Assembly: GCF_006345805.1 (NCBI RefSeq)
Contig: NC_042998.1
Coordinates: 6,510,001 to 6,574,000 of the forward strand
Source: Octopus sinensis
Taxonomy: Eukaryota
DNA: 64,000 bases
Direction: 5' to 3'
The notes beneath the pieces were generated by a model. It did not search any database and had not been told where the DNA came from. It saw nothing but the letters and a program-made list of their open reading frames with translations. The first letter of the stretch is position 1. Every line of letters begins with the position of its first letter. The position numbers and the translations under genes are program-made. Shown in pieces: positions 24,940 through 37,760 of this stretch.

Positions 24940-26290
24940 AGAAATAATGACCACATTGCACCCCATAACAAAACACTATGCAATAGGCCTTATGGCACTT
25001 CATGTCGGCTGACTTGCAGCATCCTATGAGTTCTGCTCTACCCATCCCAGGTAACACGTTTTACCTCTGAACCATCAGAAACAGCTTAGCAAGTGGATTG
25101 AATTAATCCTTTTTGGCATATCTCTCTAGATCCCTCAGCCTCCAGTGATTCAGTTATAACCACACTGCAGGCAAAGGACACAGCCTACATGACATTCCAA
25201 TTAGACAGCTTTTACGCAGTCAACACAACTCCTGTAAGGCCACCAAGCAAAACGTTAAGATCTTCATGCGTTACATGGTCTGCCAAACTGCAGTCAATCC
25301 TTTGGTTCTCTTGCCAAAACAGATCTCTAATGACTTTTCAAAATCCTCTTTACTTTCACTTCTCAAACATTATGGACGTGTAAGCAGAAGCCCTAGAGAG
25401 AAAGCCTCCATATTTGCTAGCTTATTTGCATCTGAATCTGCACACCAAGTTAACTCTCCTCCAAAACAGTCGCTTTCCATTCCACCAGCCTCACCACCAC
25501 ATGTATGAGCACATGTATCTATACATACACAGTGGAGGCGTAATGGCCCAGTGGTTAGGGCAGTGGACTCGCGATCATAGGATCGCAGTTTCGATTCCCA
25601 GACTGGGTGTTGTGAGTGTTTATTGAGCGAAAACATTTAAAAGCTCCACGAGGCTCCGGCAGGGGATGGTGGTGATCCCTGCTGTACTCTTTCACCACAA
25701 CTTTCTCTCACTCTTACTTCCTGTTTCTGTTGTACCTGTATTTCAAGGGGCCAGCCTTGTCACTCTCTGTGTCACGCTGAATATCCCCGAGAACTACGTT
25801 AAGGGTGCACGTGTCTGTGGAGTGCTCAGCCACTTACACGTTAATTTCACGAGCAGGCTGTTCCGTTGATTCGGATCAACCGGAACCGTCGTCGTAACCG
25901 ATGGAGTGCTTCCATCCATATACATACACACATCATACGTGCATGTGGTACGAAAGCATCTCCAGTCACTTCAAAACACTAAGATTACAAGCCTTAACAA
26001 TGTTTCTTCTATCGCCCTTAAACAATTCAAGCTAGAATTAACTCCTATCCTTATGAACTTCTGCAAAATCTTTCATTCACAATCAGTAGTGATATATTCC
26101 AATGTATCTCGAACCCCAATCTCAAAAGGCATCACTTTAACACAAACATTATCCAATTGCATTCACTTCCAATAACTCAAAGGTGATGAAGCAAACCTTT
26201 AATAACAGCCTTCTGCAATATTTAGAATCTTTCTCTCTTCTTAATGATCAGTGTAGCTTTTGTTAGGCCAGATCTATTGAAGACCTACTC
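24940..26290 (+). mobile_element. Degenerate CR1/L2-like LINE ORF2 fragment interrupted by a SINE
   Basis: WHFMSAD, KQISNDFSKSSL...SPREKASIFASLFAS, IALKQFKLELTPIL and LLQYLESFSLLND resemble the region upstream of and entering RT in CR1/L2-group LINEs. Confidence 0.6.
25532..25913 (+). mobile_element. tRNA-derived SINE, family D
   Basis: Head GGCCCAGTGGTTAGGGCAG...GTTTCGATTCCC. 12-bp TSD tatacatacaca. Second copy at 50996-51380. Confidence 0.85.
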
Positions 26291-26849
26291 AAGTATATCA
26301 CTCACTAGTTCAACATTATGTGCCACCTTACTGGCACTTGTGCCAGTGTGCAGATGACATGTAAAAAAAAAAAGAAACACGATTTTCAGTGACCGTTGCC
26401 AGTACCGCCTGTCTGGTCTTCGTGCCGGTGGCACATAAAAACACCCACTACACTCTCAGAGTGGCTGGCATTAGGAAAGGCATCCAGCTGTAAAAACTCT
26501 GCCAGATCAAACTGGAGCCTGGTGCAGCCATCTAGTTCGCCAGTCCTCAGTCAAATCGTCCAACACATACTAGCATGGAAAGCTGACGTTAAATGACGAC
26601 AACAACGATCTCAGCATTCGTCTATGCTTGGCATGCAAACTTCCAAGCAAAACTACATGCCTGTGAATTCCATCCTTTTCTTGTTTCTTGTCAAATGAGA
26701 TCATCAAAGCAAGTGTTAATGCAATTCCAACAGGCAAACATTTCAACTATAGCATGCCTCAAGGTTGCACATTGTCCAAAACACTCTTCTTCTAATACAG
26801 CAATGAGTTACAATACTTGATATCACCCTAACAATGCCTAATGCTATGA

Positions 26850-27230
26850 GGATGGAACAACCATTTCTCTTCCATAATTTTCCACACCCAAACATCATCC
26901 ACATGAATCTTAACACCTCACACCAAAACTGTACAGATGCTGTGAACAGAGAGCTCAGAGACATCCTCCAACGGGATGAATCCAATCTTGTCTTCTTCAA
27001 CAGCCCAAAGGTACAATCACAACACAATTGTATTACCTCGCCACCCTGTAAACATGTACTGAATATAGCCAGAACCCACAATTATGGAGAAAATGCTAGA
27101 CCTCAACATCATTATGGAACCTTCCAACTGGTTATCAAACTTCCTCAACATAGTAAATACTGCATCACAAAGGTTAGTCATCCTCTTCAGTAACACCAAC
27201 AGCTTTACAAAACTCAAAATGACACCTGCA
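26850..27230 (+). mobile_element. Degenerate Ty3/Gypsy RT N-terminal remnant
   Basis: DAVNRELRDILQ and MEKMLDLNIIMEPSNW resemble the xxKMLxxGIIEPSxSPW start of Gypsy RT. Confidence 0.4.
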
Positions 27231-28323
27231 AGGAGCAACAACAACTACTATTACTACTACTACTTCACATACAGACATCCCAGATTGCATTCTATAAAAG
27301 ACCACTCTGACCCATAAGCGTGCTATCACACCACACAGCCTTTTCTACTGTTTCTACGGTGATATCTGCTCTTCAAAGCTGACTAGCGTCGGGCCACACG
27401 GGTTCAAACACTCCCAACTCATTCCTCTCGTCAGCCACATTGTACCCTCGACCTCTTCACCAGGTATGCCTATAGCTGAGGGAGTACATATGAGAAATGT
27501 AAAACGAATTGCGGTTAATTGGTGCCAATCAAACTTCCTTCACTTCCTTCTTATTCATAGTCACTGCTCATTTGTTTACATTTATCTGATGTAACACCTA
27601 CACACTTCAAGCTCTCAATGTAACACCACACACTTCAAGCTCTCAAATACGCGCTTTACATAGATCACAATTCCAAAGTAAATATAACGGGTCTCTGTGA
27701 AAATCTAACCACTTCCGGACCACTTTCTTTCCCATGAAGCAGAGAGATATTCCGAAAGCCGGCCAAATAAAGTATACACCCCCAAGTTTTAGTAGCTTAG
27801 TAATTGGGTACAGGGCCACAAATTTTGAGGGAAAGTGCGTAATTGATTTAATCTAACCCAGTATGTCACAGATACAATTTTTGCAAATTCCAGAACAAAA
27901 TAACGTGGCAACCAACAGTAAAACAAAACCAATAAAACAAGAGCTACTATTAATCTTTTACAAATCTTCTTGATTATATATATATATATATACATATTTA
28001 AGAAAGTTTTTAAGTATATCTTAAACTTAGGCGAGTGTTGTATCAAATATTCATTGAATTAAAAAAGTTTCTTAATTAACACTGAAATAAACGAAACCTT
28101 AAAACATAACCAGTTCTACGAATACAAATATTTCAGGGTATCATACATATGTTAAAATCATTTATTTTAACTGTCAGAAAAGAATTTTTAATTTAACACC
28201 TGATCAAATTGGGGAGGAAAAAGCACGTGTTGGTGTAAACAACATTGGAGTTGTAAGCAGATGTAGTCTAGCAACAAACCCACAGCTGGTACTGTTTCAC
28301 AAATATCTTAAAACGTACATTAC

Positions 28324-28468
28324 CTTTCAGAATTTCCGGTATGCAGTTGATTTGTATGGGAGTCGGCCTGGAAATCCCGACCACCTGACACTGATCGACC
28401 AGCCACGAATTAATTCCAAGCTCTTTGAAAGTGGTAACAGAATCATCCACGTGCTCTTGGTCGGCCAT
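28324..28468 (-). CDS. DDX49: First coding exon of DEAD-box RNA helicase DDX49 (Dbp8) homolog
   Basis: MADQEHVDDSVTTFKELGINSWLVDQCQVVGISRPTPIQINCIPEILK-G matches the Q-motif N-terminus of DDX49 as I recall it (FAELGLSSWLVEQC...PTPVQLGCIPAILEG). Phase-1 donor G/GTAATG at 28323. Confidence 0.85.
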
Positions 28469-29455
28469 TTTTGTTGTGGGTTGTCAACAGCCTCGTTTTC
28501 GATTTATAGTTTGTTCATTCATAAACCGGTGTCGCGTAAAAACTATCGCCCATGCGTTGCTATGCCATTCACAAATCGTAACTTAATGACTTAGCATCAT
28601 AGTTAAAAGGGTAGAGGCTGAAATATCTATACCTCCTAATCGTTGTGGGTGTTTTAACTTTCTAGCTACACTCTATAACAATACACGCTTTGGTATTTCC
28701 TAATCTTTATCGGGTTATTTCTCGCTTTTACTAGTTGTTTGTTATGACTAGCATTATCTTTTGTAGTGGAAAGTGTTTACATAAAACGAACGTCTCTCTA
28801 CACGTGGCAACGTTTTGCACATTACATCTTTTTCTTCGATTATATTTTTTCATATCTGACATACGAGGTTTATTTTATAAATATTTATAATGACGACTTT
28901 TACTTTAAAGATTATTAAATTACATTTATTTTACTCCTTCCACGTCGGTAAGGTAGTGTATGTTTACCTGAGAATATTGTAAACAATTGCAGCGTGGAAG
29001 GTGTTTGTAAGCCATTTAAGAAACAGACAAAAGCCGTTCGATTCACTTCAACATTTAAGTTTAATTTGTCAAAATATTTCCGTTGCTTTAAGACCGCGAC
29101 CTGTTCACTGTAAACATTAGAACATAACTACACAACTGTGCCCCATAAACTTTGTCTTCTCGCAACTTTCATAACAGTGGATATATTAGCAATGAAATAT
29201 TCTACAAACACCTTTCAGGTGATGTTGATTACTGTTATATCAGAATTTAATGTGGGAAAGCGGTGGGCGAATACACATACATTCAAACACACAAATGAAT
29301 TTTGCAAAATTATGCGATGTCAGTCAGTGTGTATGTGTGTCTAACCACCATTCCTCTCCCAATATTCCGATACAAAAGGTATTTGTAGAAAATTTCATTT
29401 TAATATAAAAATTTGTTTGAAAGTTACAAGGAAGTAAAATCGGCCGCGGTGGGGC
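28469..29455. promoter_or_regulatory. Putative bidirectional promoter
   Basis: About 1 kb of repeat-free, CpG-retaining DNA between divergent exons. YY1-like AAAATGGCCG over the DDX49 start codon and ETS-like GGAAGT at 29430-29435. Confidence 0.5.
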
Positions 29456-29512
29456 ATGCTGGTGCCAACATCAGAATCTGCCGAAACTATTGATCGTCAG
29501 CGTCGATTATTA
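29430..29512 (+). other. Candidate first exon of a plus-strand gene (ATG at 29456, MLVPTSESAETIDRQRRLL)
   Basis: CpG-rich and ends at a strong GTGAGT donor (29513). Start is approximate. Confidence 0.5.
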
Positions 29513-29925
29513 GTGAGTATGCATAGTTAAAACTGGAATAAATGAGTCGGAAAGTGATGGGAAAGGGTACTCCCCGAAACTTTAGGCTGTTTATACAAAA
29601 CAATGTGCTTGTTGTCCGTTTATACCAGAGCTTTATATTGTTAAGACAATCGGGTTTTTTTTTTTTTTCGTGTATTGTACCCTCACTGATATTATCCTGT
29701 TATGTTTATGTACGAGTAATTTGGCTGCTATTTTTAACGTAGAGGTTACTTGCTTAGTTCGCTACGCAAAATGTTTATATTATTCATACAGAGTGCCTAC
29801 TCATCAAAAAAAAAGTGTGATCATTTTGCGAAAGGAAAAGTATGTTTAACACCAGGTCAACTCTGATCGAAAGACACTCCGACTATGACCACCCCTTTTT
29901 TCTTTCTTTTTTTTTTTTTTTTCAG

Positions 29926-29978
29926 GAACTTTAAAATTAGAGATGTACAAAATATACAAGAACAAGCTTGGGGCAGCA
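29926..29978 (+). other. Candidate second exon of the plus-strand gene (ATG at 29943, MYKIYKNKLGAA)
   Basis: Long poly-T tract plus CAG acceptor, and a GTAATT donor at 29979. Confidence 0.35.
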
Positions 29979-30106
29979 GTAATTCTGGAATTTGTGTTAT
30001 GCATGATATTTATATAAAAACTTAAATTTTAGCACAGGCCTATAGTATCATCATCATCAACATCATAAAAAAACTGATGTAAAGATCAAATAAAAAGTAC
30101 AAATAA

Positions 30107-30478
30107 ACAGGTGCAGGCATGGCTGTGTGGTAAGTAGCTTGCTTATCAACCACATGGTTCCGGGTTCAGTGTCACTGCATGGCACCATGGACAAGTGTCT
30201 TCTATAGCCTCAAGCTGACCAAAGCCTTGTGAGTGGATTTGGCAGACGAAAACTGAAAAAAGGCCTGTCATATATATGTGTGTGTGTGTTTGTCCCACCC
30301 CCCACCATCGCTTGACAACCAATGTTGGTGTGTTTACGTCCCCATAATTTAGTGGTTTGGCAAAAGAGACCGGTAGAATAAGTACTTGGCTTACAAAGAA
30401 TAAGTCTTGAGGTCAATTTGTTCAACTAAAGGCAGTGCTCCAGCATGGCTACAGTCAAATGACTGAAGCAAATAAAAG
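30107..30478 (+). mobile_element. SINE family A
   Basis: Head, body and tail match. Confidence 0.8.
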
Positions 30479-30660
30479 ATTGTGTTTAATTGGCGAAAAA
30501 AAGAAATCATGCACCCCCCACCCCACCCCCAACATATATAATAATATTTGTTTCAACACACGATTTCACATCAGGAATCTTGCAAAATACATAAATGTAT
30601 AACTTAAACAACAAAAGGGCCATAAGGCCCCTGGTTGAAAATCATTGATAATTAATTATA

Positions 30661-33127
30661 CTGGTCAACAAAATGAAACTATTTTTAATCCTCAGAGTTA
30701 CTGATTGACTTTTCTGGGTTAATTTTTGATGCTGATTACAAATCCAAAGTCCGATTTCCTCTATCAGGTCACATTTTCATGTTAATGACACCTGCTGTTT
30801 TAACTTATAGGATACGTAAAGCATGTCTATGGCAGAAACGTTAGCACGCTGGGCGAAATGCATAGCTGTATTTCGTCTGCCGTTACGTTCTGAGTTCAAA
30901 TTCTGCCGAGGTCGACTTTGCCTTTCATCCTTTCAGAGTCAATAAATTAAGTACCAGTTACACACTGGGGTCGACATAATCCGTTTGTCCGCTCTGTGTT
31001 TAGCCTCTAGTGGGTAGTAAAGAAATATATATAAAGTATATTAAATACAAGATACGATAATTTCATGGCTTTTTACTGTACAAAATTAACATTATTGTGT
31101 ACAAATAAGTTAGAATACACTAAACTGCATAACAACTTAAAATCTTTGGGATTTGGACTTTCTATGGTGTTTTGTCTCAGGTTCATCCCTGTGTGATATC
31201 CAACAGTAGTCAGCTAACATTCCTGCATTCCAAAATCCTTGATATCGCTGTTCCATCGATGCAGTATCTTGATGAAAGTGTTCCATTAGCTCATCAGACA
31301 CTGCTCCAAAGTTCTCTTCAAAAAAGTCCAGATGTGAATCAAGGAAATGGACTTTTAGTGACATCTGACAGCCCATTGCAGTGTAGGAGTCTAGATGGCA
31401 TTTCACTCCATTTCTAAACTCTAGAGATATCTTGTTGCCCAGGAAATTTTCACAGAGCCATTTGAAGGATTCTCAGGCTTTAAGCTCAATTTTATCCAGT
31501 GCTGGGAGGAAATGGTTGTCCTTCAAGAATTCTTTTATCTGCAGACTTATGAATACGCTCTCCTTCAGTTTTGCCTCGGTGATTTTTGGAAATTTGGCCT
31601 TCACCTATTCAAAACCTTTTGAGTTTTTCCTGGCAAGTGTCTTCACGAATTGTTTCATGAGGCCAAGCTTTATGTGAAGAGGGGGAAGAAGAACATTTTC
31701 TGGGTTTAAAAGTGGCTTACTCTGGACACTAAAAACTCCCGGCTCATATGATTTTCGCAAAGGCCACTCTGATTGGACATAGTACTTGTTAGTTGTATGA
31801 CTGTCCCATAGGCATAAAAAGCAACAATATTTCATGAACTCAGATTGCATTCCCATCAACATTCCAATCACCTTCAAGTCTCCACGTATTTTCCAGCTGT
31901 AGTTTGTATACTTTATGGCATTGAGGAGTACTTGCATGTTTTCATAACATTCCTTCATGTGCACTGCATGTCCTATGGGAATGGATGGTTTCTTATTGCT
32001 GTTGTGTAGTAGTACTGCCTTGAGACTTCTCTTAGATGAATCAATGAATAAGCGCCATTCAGTTGGAACATGCTCTTGGAACAAACAGCGAAATAACTCA
32101 TCAGTGTTATTACTGAAACAAAGTGGTCCATCAACAGAGAAGCATGAAGTCAGATCCCCATTTCTCTTCCTGAAATGAGTAATACAAACATCTTTCTTAA
32201 GCAGACACTTTTCTTGTAGGCAAGATGCAAATAGTTCAGCTTTATTCTTCGACAATGACAAGTCTCTAACTAAATCATTTAACTCTCCTTGAGAAAATTT
32301 CTGTGGTACATCTTCATTTTCAATCGTGAAATCTGCATCCACTTTGGTGTCTTCCACAGCAGTAGTATTTTCTTCAGGAAATACATCTCCGTCAGACATC
32401 TGAAGGCCATTTTCTGGTGGTATTGGAATAGGAAGATCGTCATCGTTGTCTGGTACTGGTCTTCTTGCTGATTCCAAGTTGGGATACACAATCTTATGCT
32501 TGGTCTTTACAGTAAACCCACATACATTAATGTTGCAGAAATAACAGTCCAAGAAATGATCCTTTGGCTCTCTCCATATCATAGGTATTGCAAACGGCAT
32601 TGCTCTCTTCCTCTTATTTAGCCAATCCCTTAGTCCATTTGAACAAGCTGAGCAGATAATGTGTGAGGTCCAACTCTTATCTTGATCCCTGAGAGAGCAG
32701 CCAAAGTATTACTGGTAGATCATTTTGATTTCACTTGTGATGGCACATTGCTGAGCTTTGGGGGTAAATGAACCACAGACATGACAAAATACATCAGGAC
32801 TGTTCTTGCAATGCCTTGACATCCTGAGTAGAATTTGATGATGAAGATGACTTGGCACCTTAAACGGAAAGTAAAATTTATGAAAAGAAAAGATTATGAA
32901 AGCAAAATTACAAAATGAATACAAATAGTTATAAAACAGAAGTCAGAATTTACCTGTATAAGATGTTTACCTGTAGCGATAATGCTGATGGGAGTTATAT
33001 ACCTCTCTTATCTCTTCAGAAAAACTGTACCTGATAGAAGGAAACCGATTACATTTTTGAAATCTGCGGACAAAACTACTTATAAAACACCATATAATAT
33101 CCCTGATGAAAATTGGCTGTTGACCAG
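30661..33127 (-). mobile_element. Full-length Chapaev3-type (CMC superfamily) DNA transposon
   Basis: Terminal CTGGTCAACA / TGTTGACCAG, an imperfect subterminal inverted match (…TTTCC(T)TCTATCAGGT…) and an internal transposase. A family C SINE is inserted at ~30826-31028. Confidence 0.8.
31137..32822 (-). pseudogene. Chapaev3-type transposase, 561 codons in one frame with 3 nonsense codons
   Basis: MSRHCKNSPDVFCHVCG...PMIWREPKDH.DCYFC...ELNDLVRDL.LSK...WRLFIDSSKRSLKAVLLHN...GDLKVI...PPLHIKLGLMKQF...HFLDSHLDFF..N.GAVSDE..E.FHQD...ME.RYQG.W...MLADYCW. Stops at 32709-11, 31605-07 and 31473-75. Confidence 0.85.
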
Positions 33128-33848
33128 AAAAAGAAATCTGGGAAAATTGGCTTTCACTCTTTCTGGGATATTATTAAATGGTTTATTCTTTAATTATTCA
33201 CTGCTTGGTACCACTGTGGAACCAGCCATTGTACAAGTCAACTGCTTGGACATTCATTAAGCACTTGGAGATAAGACTTGATAAATGCTTATACCAACAT
33301 GTTACAGACTTTTATAAATATTATGTTTAAAAGCATTTTACACAAACAACGGCTGTATAGCAGTCTTTTTGCTAATGCTAATATCATTCAAGAGAGATAA
33401 ATGCTTAGTTAAAATTTATCACTGTATTTTTTGTCACACAAATCAACATAGTACATAATTTAAGCATTCAAACATCATCACTATCTTTCAAAATCTTGAT
33501 GTATTTCACATGGAATCTTTAGCCTTCCAAGTTCATCTTGGTGTATAAATCAACTTATCTTGTTTTCGGCTGCAAAATTTGGTGTGAAAAATTCAACTTG
33601 TATGCAGGAAAATATGATCGTGACACTCCTATGGTCACCTAACATGGATATCTTCAACTCAGCTGCCTCACAAAATCCTTTATTGACTGACTGACTGTAT
33701 ACCAACATAGGATGTTGCCCTTACAACGATGAGGAGTAAATGAGGGTGTGTGAATGATTGTATACAACTTGAGATTGAAACTGAACTGGCAAGCAATGAT
33801 TTGCTCACTGTTATTAAATACAATGATTGCCATACATGAAATAAAATA

Positions 33849-34235
33849 GTGCAGGAGTGGCTGTGTGGTAAGTAGCTTGCTAACCAACCACATGGTTCCG
33901 GGTTCAGTCCCACTGCGTGGCATCTTGGGCAAGTGTCTTCTGCTATGGCCCCGGTCCGACCAATGCCTTGTGAGTGGATTTGGTAGACGGAAACTGAAAG
34001 AAGCCCGTCGTATATATGTATATATATATGTGTGTGTGTGTTTGTCCCCCTAGCATTGCTTGACAACCGATGGTGGTGTGTTTACGTCCCCGTCACTTAG
34101 CGGTTCAGCAAAAGAGACCGATAGAATAAGTACTGGGCTTACAAAGAATAAGTCCCAGGGTCGATTTGCTCGACTAAAGGCAGTGCTCCAGCATGGCCAC
34201 AGTCAAATGACTGAAACAAGTAAAAGAGAAAAAAG
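33849..34235 (+). mobile_element. SINE family A, full length
   Basis: Head, body and tail match. Confidence 0.85.
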
Positions 34236-34260
34236 AGTATAACAGGTTACAACAAGGATG

Positions 34261-34721
34261 TGTGAGAGACTTCATTGCTAGGCTGGACTGTTGATCTGCA
34301 GACAAAACTGACGTACTGTTTGGCAGTGTGTAGAGACAGCCGTTGGTCTGTTGGTCATGTGGGCTTCATACAGCAATGATGTAGACAGGTGTCTGGTGGA
34401 GATGAAAGTGGAGACTGGCTGGTGTCAGGACATCGTTGCTGGAGACAAGTTGCATGTGGTCAGTGGTGAATGCCAAAGACCTAGAACAGTCGAGAACCAC
34501 CGTTCTTATAGGGAATAGGCTCCCAGAAGCTGGGGATTAATTTCCCACATAAGGAAAAATAAACTGTTGCACCAACGTGATTGGACAGCTGGAAACTGAC
34601 CAATACAAACAACAGGTTTGTTCAATCATGAGGTCATGTGACCTGCTGAAATGAAAAGGCCTAGGGAGCTCTGTTTTACAGGTATTCAAGCCTAGATGAG
34701 TCAAAACGAAAACATCTCACA
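34261..34721 (-). mobile_element. Solo-LTR-like element
   Basis: TGTGAGA...TCTCACA termini. CCAAT and TATAAG motifs on the minus strand. No clear TSD. Confidence 0.45.
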
Positions 34722-36010
34722 ATGACAATGTAAATCACTTTTGCTACACCTTATTGACTTCCTCAAATAATATATAGAATCTTTAAGAGTGGCATGAGTG
34801 AGTGACACAAATCTGAGCAAGCTCAATTAGCTGATAGTGATGATGATAGTCCTAGAGCAAAGCTATTGTCAAAGGATTCTCAACTACAACTGACCTGTAT
34901 TGTTTTAAAGAATAACGTATCGTAGACTGTTTGGGTCAATAGATCTTACCATTTTCTAATTCTTTACAATTCTGAATACTCTGTCAATTGTAACCCTTAT
35001 TGTTTTATATTGTTTTGAATTGATCAGGCATCATCTCATACCTTTGAGATTTGATGATGCGATTGCTTATTTTTGAGAGTTGCTTAATCTGGTCATCATC
35101 ATCATCATTTAACATCTGCTTTCCATGTTGGATGATGTGACTGAGGACTGGTGAACCAGTGGCTGCACCAGGCTCCAATCTGATCTGGCAGAGTTTCTAC
35201 AGCTGGATGCCCTTCCTAACACCAACCACTCTGATAGTGTAGTGGGTGCTTTTACATGCAATCGGCATGAAGGCCAGTCAGGTGGTACTGGCAACAGCCA
35301 CACTCAAATGGTGTTTTTTTACATTCCACCTGCACAGGGGCCAGTCCAGTGGCACTGGTAACGACCTCGCTCGAATGCTTTTTCACCTGCCACTGGCACA
35401 AATGCAAGTAAGGCAACGCTGGTAACGATCAGTTTGAACATAAAACAAGGACTATGTTTTGGCTGGATATGGCTGGCTTAAATTCTAAAGGGTTAAAGCA
35501 ACTTGGTTAGGTTCAGTGGTGATACAGCTGTTGTTTTTAGCTGGTCAAGCTACCACAGAGTGGCTCGTTAATTAACTGATCTGGTCCTTCACTCTGGGGA
35601 GATCTGAAGATATGAATACCTTGTAACATATTAGGTCATCAGGAACAAGTACAAAACATTAAGATTCCAGTATAGACGAAGATGGTTAATTTATTCTTTT
35701 AATAAAAAGTGAATCACGACTGATGACAGCAAGAAGAAGAAGAAGTAAAGTTATGCCAAAGCAAAAGTGTATAACAATTTAGTTGAAATAATCGGTAAAA
35801 TGGAGTTCAACACACGATAAAAAAAAAGAGAGAGAAAAAAAAACAGTGATAATAAAAACAGAATTAGAAAAATTGTGTGAAGTCAAACATAATTCATCTA
35901 CAGAACATGAAAAAAGTTAATATGACTGCAAATGTTCAAATATTGTCATAGTTCAAATGTTCACCAAAATTGTCTGGGAAGAAATATTTAAGGCAATAAT
36001 TTACCATGGT

Positions 36011-36041
<31 letters not shown>

Positions 36042-37059
36042 ATGTTTCCATAGTTAGGTAAGTGTGTGTGAAAGCATTCTTTTCAGTCTCAAATTATGTG
36101 TCTCTCCACAAATAATAGTCTCTGGAGAATGTTATATCAATAATGTGTATGTTACATTTATTACATTATGTTTGTTGCTATGAGGAAAGGTTTTTTCATA
36201 GAGCAACAAAATCAAATGACATTTAGTAGCTATGTAAAAGCTTCGACTGTCACCATTTGTGTAGTGAAAGGGTGTGAGACAGAAATGTGATACTGTTAGA
36301 GAGAGAGAGGAGAGAGTGTGAAATAATTGTCTTTCCATGGTATTGCAGTGGGGCATAGAGCAACAACGACAATCTCCCGTGGCTACTCAAAAATGAGGTC
36401 TTTTATAATGTGTGAGAACTGGAGATATTACATAGATGTATTCCCCCACCCCACCCCACTCCATCAACCAAATCTAAAGAGAGTTAGAAAGAGAAAGATA
36501 TTCAATCTAGATATTTCCACTAATATAGCTAGGAGCTTACTAACACAAATTCAGAAGCATTTCCCAAGAACTCAATGATATCAATAAACTCTTTAATTCT
36601 CATAACATCAAGGTTAGCTACACATGCTTAGATAATTTTACTTCCAACAAAGCATACAACAGCATATTCAAACATTCACACAACTTCCCCCCTACACTCT
36701 GACCTGTAACTGTTAAAAAACCACATCCAAATGAAAGCCATGTGACTAATTGGTCAAGACTCACCCAGACAAATTGGTCAAGACAAATCTGTCTGATTTG
36801 GCATGGTTTTCTACAGCTGGAAACCCTTCCTAATGCTAACCACTCCAAGAGTGTAATGGGTGCTTTTACGTGTCACTGGCACAGGTGCCATTTGCATGAC
36901 ACCAGTATCTGCCATGACTGGGATTTTGCTTGACTTGATGGGTCTTCTTCTCAAACATGACATTATACCAAAGGTCTCAGTCACTGCCTCTGTGGGGCCC
37001 AATGCTTGGAAGGAACTCAGCCTCTTTGCCTCCATGAGGCCCAAAGCTTGAAATATTGG

Positions 37060-37760
37060 TTTCAAATTTTGGCACAAGGCCAGCAGTTTTGAGAGAAGGG
37101 GTTGATTACACTGGCCTCAGTACTCTGCTGGTACATCTTTTATTGACTCCAGAAGGGTGAAAGGCAAAGGTGGTCTCAGTGTAATTTGAACTCAAAATGT
37201 AACAACAAATGAAATACCACTAACCATTTCACCCAGCATGCTGACAATTCAGTCAGCTTGCTGTTTGAAGCTTAGAAATAAATAATAATTTCAGATGTTG
37301 GCACAGGTCAATAAATTTTGGGGAAGAGACATATTGATTGCATTGACCCCAATGCTCAACTGTTACTTCTTTTATCAACCTGGACGGATGGGAGGGCAAG
37401 TTGACGTTGGCAGAATTTGAACTCAAGGCAATGAGCTGGCAAAAACGTTAGCACACCAGGTGAAATGCTTAGTGGTATTTCGTCTGCCAAGGCGGGGAGC
37501 TGGCCGAAACGTTAGAACGCCGGGCGAAATGCTTAGTGGTATTTTGTCTGCCGTTACGTTCTGAATTCAAATTCCGCCGAGGTTGACTTTGCCTTTACGC
37601 ACTGGGGTCGATGTAATCGACTTAATCCCTTTGTCTGTCCTTGTTTGTCCCCTCTATGTTTAGCCCCTTGTGGGCAATAAAGAAATAAGAATTTGAACTC
37701 AGAATGTAATGACAGATGAAATACCACCAAACATTTTGCTAAGCATGCAAATGATTCTGG
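37060..37760 (+). mobile_element. Cluster of tandem and partial family C SINEs
   Basis: Repeated aatttgaactcag, ttgactttgcc and head segments in mixed orientation. Confidence 0.7.
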
